DNA of 63,189 bases from positions 1 through 63,189 of the forward strand of contig MU271449.1 in assembly GCA_021432655.1 (NCBI GenBank). Direction: 5' to 3'. The notes beneath the pieces were generated by a model. It had not been told where the DNA came from, did no database searches, and saw nothing but the letters and a program-made list of their open reading frames with translations. The stretch's first letter is position 1. Each line of letters begins with the position of its first letter. The stretch comes from Atractiella rhizophila (lineage: Eukaryota). The translations under genes were made by a program, and so were the position numbers. Shown one piece after another: positions 37,216 through 48,359 of the stretch.

Positions 37216-40200
37216 ATGGCAATCTCAGTGTCTTTAGATGTGTCGAACATCTCAAAAGTGCTCGTGGTTCTTGGTGCGTGATCTTGCGCCTGAATTCGCT
37301 GCCGTTCAAAAATAGTTCGTCTCCCTCTTCGCCACAGGATTTTGTATGATCTCTCCTTATCTACACGAACTCTTCCTGAGCTGAAGCGTGATTCTTTCTA
37401 CGAAACTGAAGATGTCAGCGGTCTCGGTTCGTCTGTTCTCCTGTGAAATTGAGGAGTTCTGCTTACTACACATCCTGGTCCAGGCCTTGGATCTTACATT
37501 TTCAAGGAACGCTTATACCTGAGGTATTTTCTCCCCCATTCATAAGCCAAATTATGGGATGCTCAGCTACAGCACAGCGAGCCGCTTCTATGCCTGTGTC
37601 TCGGAATTGCTGTAGGACCCATCGGTAGGTAGTTTACCTTTCCTCCATAGCTTCACATGAAATATTTGGCTAGGTCTAAATTGGGTGAACCCTTTTGATT
37701 GGAATGATATCCTTCGAGATGGGAGTGAACAAGGTATGCTGCCTTGACTGGCAATAACCGGATGCTAACCTGCTCGCAGACGAGCTCACGTTCCAACTCT
37801 CCAGGATAGTTGTAGGGATTCAAGTATTGTTCACCGGGATATCTCTCCCCAAAGTTAAGATCTCCATCATCCTTGGGTTATCATGTTTGGCTGACATTTG
37901 ATGGTTTGGTTTACAGGCTTATCTTCGAAGGTCGTGGCAGAGCTTGACCATCCTTCTGTTGCCTGTCATGGCCATAGCCTGGCTCATCGTGGCTTCAATC
38001 ATTGTAGCCATCATACCTCAGCTTACATTTCTTGAGGCCCTAGTGATTGGTAGCTCTGCTCCTATAGTTGTAAAGTTGCTGATGGACTTTGGACAGCCGC
38101 ATGTGTCACGCCAACCGACCCTGTCTTGTCATCCTCCATTGTCAAAGGTTGGTATTTCTCGTTTGAACAATTTGTTATTGACAATTCACTTGCAATAGGA
38201 CGGTTTGCGGAAAAGCATGTGCCTGCGCGAGTTCGGGACCTCATTTTGGCAGAAAGGTCCATTTTCATCCTCATTGTTGCTGGTACTGATGCCAGAAGCC
38301 ATATACAGTGGAGCGAACGACGGACTTGGTTACCCCTTCATCTTCTGTGCCCTCTTTTTGATCAGACACCAAAAGCCGGACGGTACGCACAACGTCGGCG
38401 CTTCGATTGCAGACTGGGTCGTGACTACCTGGATATACCAAATTGTTGTAAGCGTCGTGATGGGTGGCTTGATTGGATTTATTGCGAGGATTTCACTGAA
38501 GGAAGCTGAGAAAAGGAGATTTATCGACCAGGAGAGCTTTCTTGCTGTAAGTTTGGAGTGATCCCTCCAACATCATACGTCAACCTCTGCTGATGCGAAA
38601 TGCGTTACGAAGTATGGAATTGGGCTCGCATTTTGGACCATGGGAACAGTCGGCACCTTGGGATCGGACGATTTGCTGAGCTGCTTCATTGTGGGTAACA
38701 TCTTTACGGTGAGTAGGAATGTTCCCACCAGTGAAGGACATTTCTGATCAATTTAACAGTGGGGTACGTATCCCAGGCCCTATGTTCATAGTGATATCTC
38801 ATTTAGCGCAACAAAGATGACTGGTTCCGAGTGGAAACTGAAGATGACTCCTTCCAAGCCGTTATTGGTGCGCTTTCTCATTTGATATCGAGTGGATCAT
38901 ATGACATTGTGAACGGATAGACTCACTCATCAACGTCACGGTCTTCGTCTACATCGGCGCTGCCATGCCCTGGGCCGACTTTGGGAATGTTGGGCTTCAC
39001 CTCTCAGCTGCAAAGCTGGTTGCCATCGCCGCTTTACTCCTCACTCTGCGTCGCCCGCCCTGGATAGTACTCTTTCGAAAACTTATCAAGGAGTTGACTG
39101 TCTTCAAAGAAACTGCTTTTTTGGGATTTTTTGGGCCAGTTGGAGTGTCAGCGTAAGTTTTTTGCCCCAGTTGCGAACAGGTGCAAGTACTTACTTATTC
39201 TCGATTCAGGATATATTACGCAAGTTTCCCCACCTCTTCTTCTGGCGTAATCACTCACGCTTGCGCTACGTAGGTCGAAGTCGCTTTAGAAGTTTTGCCA
39301 GAAGACAGACACCTTTTGAGGGCAACAATCCGACCCATTGTGTGGTTTATAGTTTTGTCGTCTGTTGTTGGTGTGTCTTCACTTTTGATCCCTTCGTTTT
39401 TGATATTTAAATGCCTCATCAGCGCATGGGATCACTGTTCCAATGGCGCACTTCGGTCCCAAAATCTCTCGTACTCTCTCCATCAGCCGAACAGCCTCAT
39501 GGATCCCAGGGACAGCTACACCAAAGGATCGAGTTCTTACTATGAGCCGTACCGGCTCGTTACCAATGACGACTGAGCCAAGACATATCGAGAAAGAGGA
39601 AGTTCTCATTCATCAATCCCTTCCTGGGTCCCCCGCCAGGGTGGAACGCACTGAAATCATCGAGGAGGATCATGTCGAGGAGGGTCCTGCTGGAAAGCTC
39701 GAAGCAGGATTAACCAGTACAATCAATGAGCAAGAAACGAGCCCTGGGTCAAACTTGGCTATCGACAAGTTGGCGACACCTGATCATCAATCCAACCCAG
39801 AGATCGCCACTGGCGGTTCCAATCCGAAAGCAGGTATTGAACTAAAGACGCCGTCCACACCTCCACAATCCACGCGTACTTCCACCGTCAACCTTCAATG
39901 GGATGATGGCAGCTCCAAAATGCCTCCTTCACGCTCCGGGTCTGCGGCACCTGGAAGCCCATCTGGGTCCATCCGCATGTCTGGAAAGTTAGCTAAGGAT
40001 CGCGTCACGTTCGATATCCCCTCATCTGAGCACAACAAGGAACAGGTTGGCAAGGCGGATGAAAACCTTGCAACTGAGAAGCACGCATCGCACTCACGGG
40101 GTAATTCTCTTTCTTTGGGCAGTCCATCGAGTGCCATCGGTGCTCAACTCGCAAAGGCGACAAAGGAACACATCACGTTCGAACTGCCAGAATCCACTCG

Positions 40201-40246
40201 TAACACGCAAAAGAACGGCGATAGCGCTCTGATTAACGGCCAATAA
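37216..40246 (+). CDS. NHA1: Plasma-membrane Na+(K+)/H+ antiporter, Nha1/Sod2 (CPA1) family, many exons
   Basis: Spliced motifs ACVTPTDPVLSSSIVKG.RFAEKHVP, LAE|SGANDGLGYPF, GSDDLLSCFIVGN.FT|W|DDWF, RRPPW, FLGFFGPVGVSA, HGITVP, then a long Ser/Pro-rich hydrophilic C-terminal tail. Confidence 0.92.
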
Positions 40247-40657
40247 CAACGACGGATAGCCTCAATGGCATGTCATGTCTCTCGATGTTTTCGCTTGTAC
40301 AACGGTCGCGTTCAAATACATTGTTTCAATGCGCAACCCCTCTCATATGTAGCTCTATAGATTGTAACTTGTCGGATCCGTCCTTCGTTCGCCTAGTTGC
40401 ACTACCTAAGCTGTTTCTTTGCCCAATTCTTCGGTCGCGTCTTCTTGGGAGTCTAAGTCGGAGGTCTAACTGTGCTTCCATTTCAATCCTCCTCGACTCT
40501 CGAATACGCTTCCCCTCGCTCACGGCATACTGGAAGTTGGGAAATCTGGCCAATCCACTACACAATACGAAATCTCTATGCGTTCGATAACTTTCGCATT
40601 TAACAAAACCACCATCTCCCAACAAAAACTCCCTATCTTATCCTTCTATAATTCATC

Positions 40658-41727
40658 ATGGCGGCGAGTGGTGGCGCTCGTCCGATATCCGTATCTAACT
40701 TACAAAGCGCTGGTGGCGGTGGCGGTGGTGAAGGAGTGTTTGGGATTATGGAGGGTGTCGGTTCGGGATCTTCGAGTGTAGCGGGTGGAAGTTTTCGAGA
40801 TGGGAATCAGGGAGAGGAGCATGCGCCCCTCCCGTCGCCGATTGGTGCGTCCCCTCGAAAGAAAGCGAAAACCCAGAAGAGGAAGGCCGCAATGAGTGGT
40901 GAGGAGCTGGAGCTTCTGGAGATGGGAAGGGAGCAGTTTACCTCGCTAGATGCTGATAGGCAATGGGATTTATTCTCTGAACTATTGGCACATGTGAAAT
41001 CCCTGACGAAGGATGTTGAGGAAATGAAGGTGTCGCAGAAGAAGCTGATGGAGAGGAACAACGAGTTGACAGCGGCAGCAACAGCTCATTCCCCTCCGTC
41101 TCAACCTCGTCCTCCTCTCGCCCCATCTTTAACCCCCACTGAGAGGCCTACCTACGCTGCTATCGCGCAAGCTCACCTCCAGACTATCCCCGTCCACGAC
41201 CGCGAACGCGCCCAATCCCTGCTCGATGAGTTACGCCCCCTCCCTACCCCGCGCAGACCCTCTCCAAACCCTTCCTCTCCTACGCTCTCAGCCGACAAAC
41301 TCGAACCTGTGTACGTCAAACTCAGATGGTCGGCCTACAGGAAGGTCAGAGAGACTTTCCGAGCGCTTCAAGTTAGGACGGTCAACATTGCTCACCTTTC
41401 TTGGGTTGGAAAGGACACCCTGGAAGTCCTACTTGATCAGTCCTACTCGCAGACCTTTCGGGAGATTATGCTGGCGAGCAAAGTCTCTCCATTGTCTCGG
41501 ACTATGACCCTAGCAAGCCGCACAACCCTGAAGCTCCTCAGGATGTTGTCAACCGTATTCGTAAAGACTGGCTAGCCCGTCTTCGCAAGATCACAGAGCT
41601 GGACTCCTCTGCCAGCCCCGCTACGAAGGAATACTTCTCGCATCTGCTCCGCTTGGACGGAGGCGAGGTTCCTGTTGTGAACGAGATGGACGTAGATGCG
41701 ACGCTGGCTGCCGACGGCCGCTTATGA
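40658..41727 (+). CDS. LINE ORF1 (coiled coil, TYAAIA motif, RRM-like region); one frameshift at ~41485
   Basis: A 305-aa frame continues in another frame as IVSDYDPSKPHNP...DGRL*. Its TGA overlaps the ORF2 ATG (ATGA, 41724-41727). Confidence 0.75.
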
Positions 41728-44700
41728 GTTCCCCTGTCCTCTCCCAACCTCTTGCAGTGATGAATATGCGAGGTTTACAGTCCGAGAAGTGGGCCACTGT
41801 CCAACAGTGGTTCTCTTCTTCCTTTTGTCGCATTCTAGCTGTCACTGAAGACTGGTTCATTCAGTCCCGCACAGCCTATAGTTCTTCTCCTTATTTTTTA
41901 ATAGGCTCAAAGAGACCGGAGGCTCAGGAAAGGAGGGATGTCGGCCATGAGAATGGAGGAGTGGTGCTCTTTATCGACCCTTCCCTCAAGTCCGGAGTTG
42001 AAGGTGTCGCATCTGGAGTGAATTGGGTCTGGTTGAAGCTCTCTGGGAAGCGTCTCGCATTCGTGTATCTTCCTCCGTCTTTTCTCGAATGCTCGCTGTC
42101 GGCAACTCCTCTCTGAACTCCCCCCAGTCGATTTGGTCGCCGGCGACTTTAATATTCGATTCAACTCAACTGTGTCCCCCTCTGATAGGGTTTCCTGCAT
42201 CGTCACTTGGATGGCAATGCGTCAGCTGTTTGTCTCTTCTCCTCAGTCTACTCATCCCGCTCTCCTTAATCCCCTCGATCACATCTTCACTTCGCCTTCA
42301 ACTCCTGTCCACTCACTTTCACTCATTCATCAGTCCTCCTTATCTATCTCCTCGGACCATCCTCTCCTCCTCTGCCAACTCTCTCTCCCTCTTCTCCCTC
42401 GCCTTGTAGATCCTGGCCTCTCCCGTCCTTGCATCTCCAACATGGACATTCCTTTCGCTACCGAGGTGCTCCTCTACGCGTACTCCGAGCGTCCTCTGAT
42501 GTGGAAACTCTCTTGAAACTGAGCTGGAATCTCGCAAGAGAGGCAGCTGGTCTAGGGGAGGTGGAGAAGCTGCAAAGTATAGTGGACAATGCTGATTTGG
42601 CAGTCTACAATGCTGTTGATGTGGTAGCGCGGTCAGTGTTGGGCGAGTATAATGCCTCTGCAGTTCGGCTGGACCCCGACTTTGTGCTCGACGAGATCTC
42701 TCGTTCTCGCTCACCTCTTGCTGCCGTCCGCCTCTTCAAGAAATCTCGTCGCAGTGGCCCTCGTCTCCTCGTTCCATCCGCTGCTGGGGCTCAGATTGGA
42801 CTCACTGCCGCAGATGAAGCTGTGCAGCTTTGGAGCAGCATCTACGAAAGTAACCTCCCCCCTCCCCAGCGGCCTCAGTTCGAGGGTCCTGTCTTCGATG
42901 AGCACGGCTGGGGGCTTTCTCACCTCTTCTCCTCATCAGCTGTGCGGAGCGCTCTTGCTCGCTATCCAAAAGGCAAATCCCCTGGCATTGATGGCGTCCA
43001 TGCTCGCCTTCTCGCGGCTCTCTCGTGTTTCTCCTCAGATGAAGAGAAGGAAAAGGCTCCATCTGGCTTCTACGTCCTTGCTGATCATCTCTCGTCACTG
43101 TTCCGCCTTGTTGCTGCTACTCGTCGGACTCCTTCTCGCTGGGGAGAACAAGTGATGCCCTTTATTCCTAAGGGTAAAGATCGCCCACCCACTGCTGAGG
43201 ACAGCCGTCCCCTCTCCCTCTTTGTCATGTTTCGCCGCCTGTGGGAGATACTCTTCCTTCCTGCCCTCACCAGCGAGGATCCCTCCAGTTGGAGCTTCAC
43301 CCATATGGCTCAGGCCGGCTTTAAACGCGGATTTTCTTGCTTATCAAACTTGCTAATAGTTGATTCTGCTGTACGGTCTCACCAGCGCCCTATTGCGATC
43401 TTCCTGGACTTCGAACGTGCCTTTCCGTCAGTTCGACACGACATTGCCGACGCCAACTTCAAGTCTCGAGGTGCTCCACCAGCTATACGCGAGCTCGTCT
43501 GGCAACTTTGCACTCATAATGCTATGGCAACAATCGTAGTCAACGGCGAGCGCCAACTTCCCATTGCCATTCATCGCGGCTACCCACAGGGTGGTCCGAT
43601 CATTCCCATGCTCTTTGATCTCTTCATTGACCCACTTGTCTGCCTCCTTAACCCGCTCCTCCCTCGCTCACTTGCCTCTCCTCTCCTCGCCTCCCAGCCA
43701 TCACCCTCAAGCTCCCAGTCGCCCTCTCCTCTCCCGCCAAATGCCTCTTCCCTTGTCTCTGCTCCCTCCTTTGCAGATGACATTGCCTGCATCCCCAAAA
43801 CTGTCGATGAAGGCCAGCATCAGCTCGATACAGTTAGCAGGTGGTCTCATCAGAACGGGATGAAGCTCAATATCCCAAAATGTAAAGCTGTTGCCCCCTT
43901 CCCCGTCACTCTTTGTATCAACGGCACTCCAATTCAGCAGGTCAGCAGCGCAAAGTATCTCGGCATGTCTCGGGGTCCTGACGGGATTGACTTCGAGGCC
44001 TGGCTTTTTGGAGAAGTCGGACAAGCAAGACCGCTTCCTGAGGAGCCTCCAGGTGGTTGGGAATGGTTGGAACGAACTAGTCCGCTTGGCCATTTACCGC
44101 ACCTTCGTTCGTCCCATTTCAGACTATGGGGGCGGACTCTTTCACTACTGGATTGTTTGCGACGAGCGTCGACGCTCCTCCTCTCCCGGAATGCTGGCGG
44201 CCTCCCAGCACTTCAAACTTGCAGTCTCCTGGATAGCTGGGGTATCCACTGACCGCTGGAAACTCGCATCCTCCGCCACAGGCCTACTTCCCCCTCGCGA
44301 GCGCTTCCGCCAGCTTGGTGCTGGTCTCACAGCTCACCTCCGCTCCCTTTCCCGCTTCAACCCAGCCCTCCCCCTCGTTGTGTCCCCCTGGCCAACCGCT
44401 CCCACTAGCTCAGACATCGTGCCACAAATCCAGTCTTGCGAACTGTTTGCTCGCTTTCTCAATGCTCAGGCCAACGAGGAGGCCAACGGTTACGTTCTCA
44501 CACTTCAGGCATTCCTTCGTCACGAACGGCTTCGCCTCCTGAGCTCATCTGAGCTTGTTGGCACGCTAGGTTCCCTCATCTCGCCTCTCCAGCGGACGGC
44601 TTCTCTCGTGGACAGGATTCTCCTTATTCCTGATGATGCCTTGCGGAGGCTCATCATCAAGTGGAGGATGGGACATTTCGGATTCAACCGCCCTTGCTCT

Positions 44701-44928
44701 TGTGGTCTCCCTTTTTCTCGTGGTCATGTTAGCTGTTTGATTTCATCCTTAGGTTTCTTTTCTTCTGCTAATTCTCCCTTCACGGATCTCTCTTTCTTTT
44801 CCAAAGTGCCTCTTCCCTCTATTCCCAACTCCTCTCTCTTAGATGCTATCATTGGTCATAGAAATAGTGCTTTCTCTTCCGCAGCCTATCAGACACTTCT
44901 TGTTTGGTCTGATTTCTTACACAGATAA
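41724..44928 (+). CDS. LINE ORF2: APE endonuclease, reverse transcriptase, C-terminal Cys/His motif; three single-base frameshifts
   Basis: EN motifs NMRGL, AVTEDW, GGVVLFI, VYLPP, AGDFN, LDHIF, SDHPLL. RT motifs KSPGIDG, RPLSL, QAGFKRG, FLDFERAFPSV, GYPQGG, FADD, KYLG. C-terminal WRMG...CSCG...RGHVSC. Confidence 0.92.
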
Positions 44929-47900
44929 TTTGTAGTCGTAGTCGTACTCATCTCCTGCCAATCCATTCTTAACCCCCCCCCTTTAGTGTGTGGAAGAACC
45001 TTCGATACACCAAGTTTGAACTTTCTTCACCACTGTCGAGGTAGAGTGAAGTAAGCTGTTTGAGGTGTGATAAGTCGAGCGGAGCAGGTAGGATGGACGT
45101 ATGTCCGTCAGCTGAGAACGAGCTGAGCTTGATCTCGAGATATTCCAGCAGGGGCGGCAAAGGAGAGTTTGAGATGGAGAGCGGGATCGGACACAGATCA
45201 GAGAGACTCAAGTCCTCGAGAGTGCGTGGGAGGAAGCGTGACGACAGACGCAGGTAGGATAGAAAGCTCCCTAACGTACGAAGCGGCGTGAATAGAGGAT
45301 GATTTCACTTATTCTCTTCCACGTCAAGCTGGAACTCAACGCTCTGAACACCAAGTTTGAAGTTTTGGATCTTGGTCTCATACCTTCATTACAAGTCGAT
45401 TGCGAGGATCCAACCGACGATGGAGTTGCAAGAGGAGGCATTAATCAAATACTTGTTCCGGCCGGGATGCGATGTAGAAGGACGGTAGTATTGTAGCACA
45501 TCGCAGTCTCATTTTCATGACGGTTCGACATATTGAACTGCCGGCGCGTCGTCAACCTATCCAACTCGACACTCCACAGCAATCGAAGACTACCCAGGAT
45601 CCCAATGCTGCAGGCCCTTACGACACGTATTTGTGATTAATCTACTTCGCTAGACACCTATCAGAATTGAGGAAAGCTTCAAAGGTCTTCTCCATTCGGG
45701 CTTCACATCAGAGAAATCAGGAAGGATTGTTGAGAGTCTAAGGAAGAGGTGCCTCTGCAGACGGCTGAATCGTGGGATTATTTCCAACGGGTTCCTCGCT
45801 AACCCCAATACCGTGCGAGGAGGAAATGGGAAATGCTGCAGCTGCCGGATCAGAAGAGAATTTCGAGTGCAACAGCAAATCAACCTGAAGAGATTGCTAT
45901 GATATCCAAAATGGTCACTAACTTCCTCGTGACACCCCTTTGGCGTCCTTAAGTCTGGATACGCCTCTCGCGATGGCTTCAGCAAAACCACTTGTTGATG
46001 GCATGGGATTCATACGGATTTAATTCATGGATTTATTCATCTGCAGTGGATCTGAAATCACAGATTACTTCTCGTTTTTTTTGCCCATTCCTTCCACCAG
46101 GCCACGATCTTTTTCAGGTTACAACTCTGTTGATGTGAGAGGATCCTCAATTGGCCTCGACCGGACAATTTACCCGGAGACCAAAGAAAAGATTGTTGGA
46201 ATCATTAGGCTCGGAATTTGGATGGAATACTTTGGGTAGTGAAAGTGAGGGATTTGGAGAAAAAGTGTCAAAAGGAGACATCTCATTACCTGTGAAGTTG
46301 ACTGTTTAAATTTAGTGGTTCGTAAGATGAATGTCAATATTTGATTGAGTATTGTGGAAACAAAGCGGCTCGAACAAAGAGAGGATTTTGATGATCAGGA
46401 ACGGTGATTGCCGTCAAGGAGGTGAAAATGGACGATGTGGATCTTTCAAATTACCTCAGATCGGCTTCATACCGAACCACCGAAAACTCGGTCGTTGTGG
46501 CACAGTTCCAGAGATAGGAGAGAAAGATTCGGAAACCTATAGGAGATCCCCTTGCATGGTTTGAACTCGTCGTCATTTCCACAAAGTTGGAGGGCCACGG
46601 TCTTCATTTATACCTTCCGGTCTCGCCGTATTTGAGGCATTGATATCCCAATTTCAGATGTAATTACAATAGAGACATACAGCTTTTTCCAGCCCGATCG
46701 TAACGTGGAAGGAAGGCATTATCTGGTATATCACTATCCCTTCACGATGTGTAACGTCACTGCTAGAGCGCTGTCAGTGTATCCCACTCAATAGCGCTGG
46801 AAAATTGCCCACAAACCCAATTCCTCAAGGTATTACGATACTTATTCACGACTAGCCTACTTCGTCAATCATCTGCCAGAATTGAGGAAGGCTTTAAATC
46901 CGTCTCTGGCCTTCTCCGCTCTTGCGACTTCAGTCACTGCCAATCCAACGCTTTCCAGTAATGTCAGGAGTGGCTTTACTGTCACAGCAGCAGTCATATC
47001 TTCCGTATCTCATCTTGTCGTCTCCCCTGGCATCCTCGTCCAAATATATTGGAGGCGAAATTGGACGTCGAATTCCGGAGATCGCTACCCCAGTGGTGAT
47101 TTCAGTCACGTTACATGCTGAAGGTCCGCAGAAAGGAAGGCTTCGCGCTTATTAGGATCGCGCTTGAATGCCATTGGATGTGCGTTCTATATCGTCAGCG
47201 GAACAGCCTACCTTTTTGCTACAGTTGCAATTGTAGAAGGAGGAGCAAAGCATGAATCAAGTATGTCGGTGGAGGACAAGGTAGTGGATTCTTCAACTTC
47301 AAGTTCAAGTCTGTATCAGCATCAGCATCCCGCCGTACCCTGATGACCGTAGATAACTTATCTCTGCTAGCTACCTACATCTCTGATCACCGTAGGTCGA
47401 CGTACCAAAGGAAGTGAAGGTGAAAGTCGTGGCACAGGAAGTTAAAAGTTTCATTTTGTTAATCCAAAAGAAACAAGCGGGACGATGACGCTAAGCGCGG
47501 GGACGGTGGCGACGGTTAGAAGCAGCAAGCGGGAAGGGGTGGGGGTGCAATACATATCAGTTCAGAAGCGAAACGAGATCCGAAAATAAGAAGAAAAGCA
47601 CAACCCATAGCTGTTGTCCATTTAGCCCCGTCATCCAGGTTCGTTGATTGGGAGAGGTGAGCCCGTCAAAAGTGGGAGATGGGCACAAACAGGCATCATG
47701 GGTGAGGAGTGAGAGTGGATGGTGAGGGCAGGTGCAAAAAGGAGAGGGAGAACGGAGCACGAAGGGCATGGGGACGCTGGAGGTCAGGGAAGGCAGGGGA
47801 GGGAGCAGTGCAAGCAGGAGAACCCGTGACCATGAAATATTAGTTGAGAAAATACAATGAGAAGAGAAAATGAGAAGCAGAAACAATTTGGATGCGCACC

Positions 47901-48134
47901 TTCCCTTTGTACAGTTTACTATGTGACATCGTGGACAAGGAGTTCGACGGAGGAAGAGTGAGTCGTCTGGGAATTAGGAAGTAAGTGTTAAGCGTTCTCT
48001 TGCCCTCATGTCACTTGACGTCAATGGACGCAGCTTGCAACCAGACCTTGAACTTTTCTTGTCACCAACGGACGATCATTTACCCCTCGTTTACCCCAAA
48101 GGCATCTTTATTGTTTCACGGTATTGCCAACATT

Positions 48135-48359
48135 ATGCTGAGGCATACACAGCGTAGCAGAGAGAGTACCCTCTCTTCTAGACGGGGACCAAAACCACGT
48201 TTTTCACGCAGTAAGAAATGTTAGTTACTGGCCGTAATTATTGCTTGAGGTCGTTGTTGACCAGTGAGTACTCCAGGCTGCTTGACTTGCCGAGAACGAC
48301 GTGTGAAATGTGGCGAAGAGAAGCCTGCGTGTGCGAATTGTGGACGACTATACCTCAAT
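48135..48359 (+). pseudogene. 5' part of a paralog of the Zn2Cys6 gene at 17.8 kb, truncated by a transposon
   Basis: TLSSRRGPKPRFSR|intron|CLTCRERRVKCGEEKPACANCGRLYLN, with the same intron position as the 17.8-kb gene. It breaks off right before the sixth Cys codon at CTCTATGAAAA. Confidence 0.9.

Larger units (their letters stand above)
40603..44981 (+). mobile_element. Full-length non-LTR retrotransposon (LINE, APE-RT type), 4.38 kb
   Basis: TTTA on both sides (40599-40602, 44982-44985). 55-bp C/A-rich 5' UTR, ORF1, ORF2, and a 53-bp 3' UTR with GTAGTC repeats ending TTAAC9. Confidence 0.92.
40326..46013 (-). pseudogene. Leucine-rich hypothetical gene (F-box/LRR-like), frameshifted and split by the LINE
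   Basis: ...LPPLLEYLEIKLSSF...LDLSHLKQLTSLYLDSGEESSNLVYRRFFHTL joins in frame to NAKVIERIEISYCVVDWPDFP when the LINE and one TTTA are removed. Outer limits approximate. Confidence 0.5.
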
